In this document: piece after piece, positions 59,495 to 64,000 of the stretch
How the letters are laid out: each line of letters starts with the position of its first letter
Numbering within the stretch: position 1 is the stretch's first letter
Source: Squalus acanthias
Taxonomy: Eukaryota
Assembly (NCBI GenBank): GCA_030390025.1
Contig: CM059438.1
Location: forward strand, 63,676,001-63,740,000
Length of the DNA: 64,000 nt
Reading direction: 5' to 3'
Program-made: the position numbers and the translations under genes
Notes under the pieces: model-generated
What the model was told of the DNA's origin: nothing
Seen by the model: only the letters and a program-made list of their open reading frames with translations
The model's database searches: none

Positions 59495-62143
59495 CACTCA
59501 CGCACACCCTCACACACACCCTCACGCACACACCATCACACACATCCACATCACACCCCCATACACACACCCTCACACATACTCTCATGCACACCCTCAG
59601 ACACATCCACGTCCACACCCACATACACACACCCTCACACACACCCTCACACACACCCTCACGCACATCCTCAGACACATCCACACCCACATACACACAC
59701 CCTCACACACACCCTCACACACACCCTCACACACACCCTCACGCACACATCCGCACCCACATACACACACCCTCACACACACCCTCACACACACCCTCAC
59801 ACACACCCTCAGACACATCCACATCCACACCCACATACACACACCCTCACACACACCCTCACTGCACACCCTCAGACACATCCACATCCACACCCACATA
59901 CACACACCCTCACACACACCCTCACAAACACCCTCACACACACCCTCACACACACACACCATCACACACACACAATCCCACACATACATAAACCCCTCAC
60001 ACACACCCTCACACACACCCTCACACACATCCACATCCACACCCACATACACACACCCTCACACACACCATCACAAACACCCTCACACACACACCATCAC
60101 ACACACACAATCCCACACACACATAAACCTCTCACACAGACCCTCACGCACACCCTCACACACACCCTCAGACACATCCACATCCACACCCACATACACA
60201 CACCCTCACACACACCATCACACACACCCTCACACACACACCCTCACACACACCCTCAGACACATCCACATCCACATACACATACCCTCACACACACCCC
60301 CAGACACATCCACACCCATACCCACATACACACACCCTCACACACCCTCACACACACACCCTCACACACACATACACAATCCCACACCCACACACACATA
60401 AACCTCTCACACACACACCCACACATGCAACCTCATGCACATACACCCCACACCCACACACATACACCCCTCACATACACACCTCACCCACTTACAACCC
60501 ACACACATACACCACTCACACACACACACATATTCACACACACACCCTCACATACATCCACATACACACACACATAACCACACATACATATATAATCCTA
60601 CATTCACACACGCATACACCTCTCAAACACATCCACACACACACACACAAACACACACACCCTTAAACACACATACACACACACACACACCACACACACA
60701 CACACACACCCTCACCCACACACATATACCCTCACACACACACACACCCTCACCCACGCACACACACCCTCACACACACACACACCCTCACACACACACG
60801 CACACTGACACACACACCCTCACCCACACACACACACCCTCACATACACACCCTCACCCACACACACACACACACACACCCTCATACACACACACACACC
60901 GTCACCCACACACACACCCTCATACACACACACCCTCACCCACACATACCCACACCCACACACACACACTCACCCACACACACACACCCTCACCCACACA
61001 CACACACACCTCACCACACACACACCCTCACCCTCATACACACACACCCTCACCCACACACACACCCTCACCCACACACACACCCTCACCCACACACGCA
61101 CACACCCTCACACACACACACACACCCTACCCACACACACACACACCCTCACCCACACCCCCCACACACACACCCTCACCCACACACACACACACACACA
61201 CATCCACACACACACCCTCACACACACACCCTCACACACACACCCTCACACACATCCACACACACATCCACACACACACCCTCACACACCCACCCTCACA
61301 CACACACACCCTCACACACACACCCTCACACACACACCCTCACACACACACACCCTCACACACACACCCTCACACACACACACCCTCACACACACACACA
61401 CACACACACCCTCACACACACACACACCCTCACACACACACACCCTCACACACCCTCACACACACACACACACACCCTCACACACACACACCCTCACACA
61501 CACACACACCCTCACACACACACACACCCTCACACACAACCTCACACACACACACCCTCACACACACACACCCTCACACACACACCCTCACACACACCCT
61601 CACACACACCCTCACACACACACCCTCACACACAACCTCACACACACACCCTCACACACACCCTCACATACACACACGCACCCTCACATCCTCACCCACA
61701 CACACCCTCACACACAACCTCACACACGCACCCTCACACACACACACCCTCACACACACACACACACTCACACACCCTCACACACAACCTCACACACACA
61801 CCCTCACACACACACCATCACACACCCTCACAGACACACACACTCACAGACACACACACACTCACACACACCCTCACACACACCCTCACACCCATCCACA
61901 CCCACATACACACAAACACACCCTCACATACACACACATATACACAATCCCACACCCACACACACCCACACACACATACAACTCTCACACACACCCCCAC
62001 ATACACACCTCACCCACATACACCCCTCACACATACACCCCTCACACACACACACACACATAAACCCCCCACACACACACAACTCCACACACACCCCTCA
62101 TGTACACACACACCCTCACACTCGTGCACTCCTCACACACATA
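59495..62143 (+). repeat. CA-rich complex micro/minisatellite, (CA)n interrupted by CCCT
   Basis: Directly visible; the + strand is almost devoid of G. Confidence 0.98.
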
Positions 62144-62699
62144 CGTGGGTCCAGACTCGGCCCTGTGCAGGAAGCGCATGTCCCAACTGAGAGGCCTGAG
62201 GCAGGCCTGCGATTGGTCCATGGGCCTCAATACATTTTCTGTACGAGCTGCCGGTGCCTATCACGCCTCCACAGGCAGCTCGCGAATGGTACGTCCCATG
62301 AGGGAGCTGACCGGCCTGGGGAACGCGACGACTATGGAATTGGGCAGGCACTCCTGCTCCTCCTGGCTCCACAGGAAGTTTTTTGTGAAAAACTAGCATT
62401 GAAAAAACTTATTTTAGTTTGTGGCCCCTGAAGAATCTTGAACAGAGTAGGCCCACGTCTGCGCTGACCAATCTCACCAACAGGGCCAAAAAGCAAATGT
62501 CAGATCCCTCATTTACTTTTCTAAGGGGCCTAATGCCTGGCTTAGGCAGTTGCCAGGCAATGGCCCTGACCTAATTTTGATCCAAACATTTTTCAAGTGT
62601 CCATGGGGTGCAGGACTTTGTTCCAAGAAATTGGGCCTCGTTACGCCCATTTATTTGGTCTATATTATACAGGAATTGATTCCCACACAAGGTGTGAAG

Positions 62700-63020
62700 C
62701 TAAAAGCAGTAACTTTTCTATGTCTAGTAACCTAGCTGAAGGGCTAAGGTATATAGTGCAGGATGGCACCTAGTTTGAAAATTGGTGGGCAAAATGTAGG
62801 AGAGAAGAAGGATAATTCAGGAGCGGTTAGGCGACACCAAGCGTGGGTTTTAAAAACTCATATTTTAGGGGAGGGAGAGAATATGGACAGAAGAAAGGAG
62901 TTCCACAGTTTTGAAGTTTGAGGTAAGAATGAGTTGGAGCAGAGCACTGTAATGAGTCCTGATTTCAACACAGTGAAGTTGTCAAGTGGAGGAAGAGTGA
63001 TTGTGCAGGATGGTTAGAAG
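62700..63020 (-). mobile_element. Old CR1-group LINE ORF2 C-terminal fragment
   Basis: Minus strand near 62880-62940 translates SNSFLPQTSKLWNS, matching the SF...WNSLP motif. Confidence 0.55.
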
Positions 63021-64000
63021 TGTAGAATTCGCAATATATCGCGATTTTTATTAATAAGGAGAAAACACAGAGTCTCGTTCAAACAGCTTTTATTTCAGCA
63101 GAATGCTGTCAGGTTTCTCAAAGTGGACACAAGCAGCCTGTAAAATGGCCGCCGCACCTCGTGACAGAACATTCTAGACTTTTCGACAGGCAGACAAGAT
63201 GGCGTTCCAATAAACATTTGTGCAAGATCGATTAAGATTCAGCACAGTGAAGATAATACACGAGACATTATGGGTTTACAGTATACACATAAATACTGAA
63301 ATCGGTCTCCCAGGTACGAATGAAAGCTATTGTACCGAGTAATCAAGGGCCCATCCAAAGACATTAATATGTAAAATCCCAACGACTCTACGATGAGAGA
63401 GCCGTTAGCGGGTAGTTATACAAAACACTTGGAAGCCCCAAAACCCCTCCAGGGAGAACACCGACCGATTTAACAATGGGAGAAATATTAACAGGTACTC
63501 AGACATTTACGAGTAGCCCCGAAACCCATTAAGAACGGAGATCACCCATACAAGACATTTGAGCGCCAAACCCTAACAAAAGAAAGGACATTAAGGTTCG
63601 GCGGGAAACGGAAGATTTTGTACTATAATTACAAGCTCCAACCGTCCATCTTTCTCTTATTCTCTTATCCGATCGACTCGTATCCTCGTGGCTGCTCCTG
63701 TGTTTTTGACTCGTAGTCTTGTTCCTGCTTGCCTGGTGCCTCTTTGAAAAAGACTGTTGAACTTTCTGATCCGTTCGGATCTACCTCGTGTCGCGTAACG
63801 AAGACCTATGTTGGTAGCTGGCATCGGAACCAAAGGCCTGAGATGAGATGAGATGAGATGAGATGAGATGAGAAGAGAGGAAGACCATACTCATCGCCAC
63901 GGTCAGTAGATCCCGACCGCGCCTGTAGGTCGAATAGCCAAGTTTTCCTTGCTAGGGAGACTTCTTTGAACTTGCAAGAATAGACCTTGGAAGATCCTCC
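63021..64000 (+). mobile_element. LTR related to the 41481-42912 element (runs off the window), containing a (GAGAT)n microsatellite
   Basis: TGTAGAATTCGCAATATATCGCGATT start; shared blocks GCCTGTAAAATGGCC, GGCAGACAAGATGGCGT, GGCCCATCCA, TTTGAGCGCCAAA, CGCCACGGTCAGTA..CCCGACCGCGCC. Confidence 0.85.

Noticed and set aside
59399..62063. His/Thr/Pro-rich ORFs of 300-540 aa
   Set aside because: Artefacts of a CA-rich tract that contains almost no stop codons.

Overview
Repeat-dominated vertebrate genomic DNA, most likely from a cartilaginous fish. This is inferred from the abundance of CR1-clade LINEs, Deu-domain tRNA-SINEs and Harbinger-type MITEs. No host protein-coding gene can be confidently identified. 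From left to right the window holds: the 3' end of a Gypsy LTR retrotransposon; a ~12.5-kb satellite with a 23-bp unit that grows directly out of the 3' tail of a CR1 LINE and has higher-order structure; a decayed DIRS-type gag/LAP2alpha-like ORF; a ~2.0-kb composite unit tandemly repeated about 5 times, with different copies hit by a solo LTR, a MITE, a Harbinger fragment and a young CR1 with an intact 983-aa ORF2; further solo LTRs; several decayed CR1 copies; Penelope-like remnants with degenerate hammerhead cores; a 21-bp G-quadruplex-prone minisatellite; and a CA-rich tract. The long repetitive ORFs in the ORF track are tandem-repeat artefacts. Family assignments come from motif recognition only, with no database search, and the boundaries of decayed elements are approximate.
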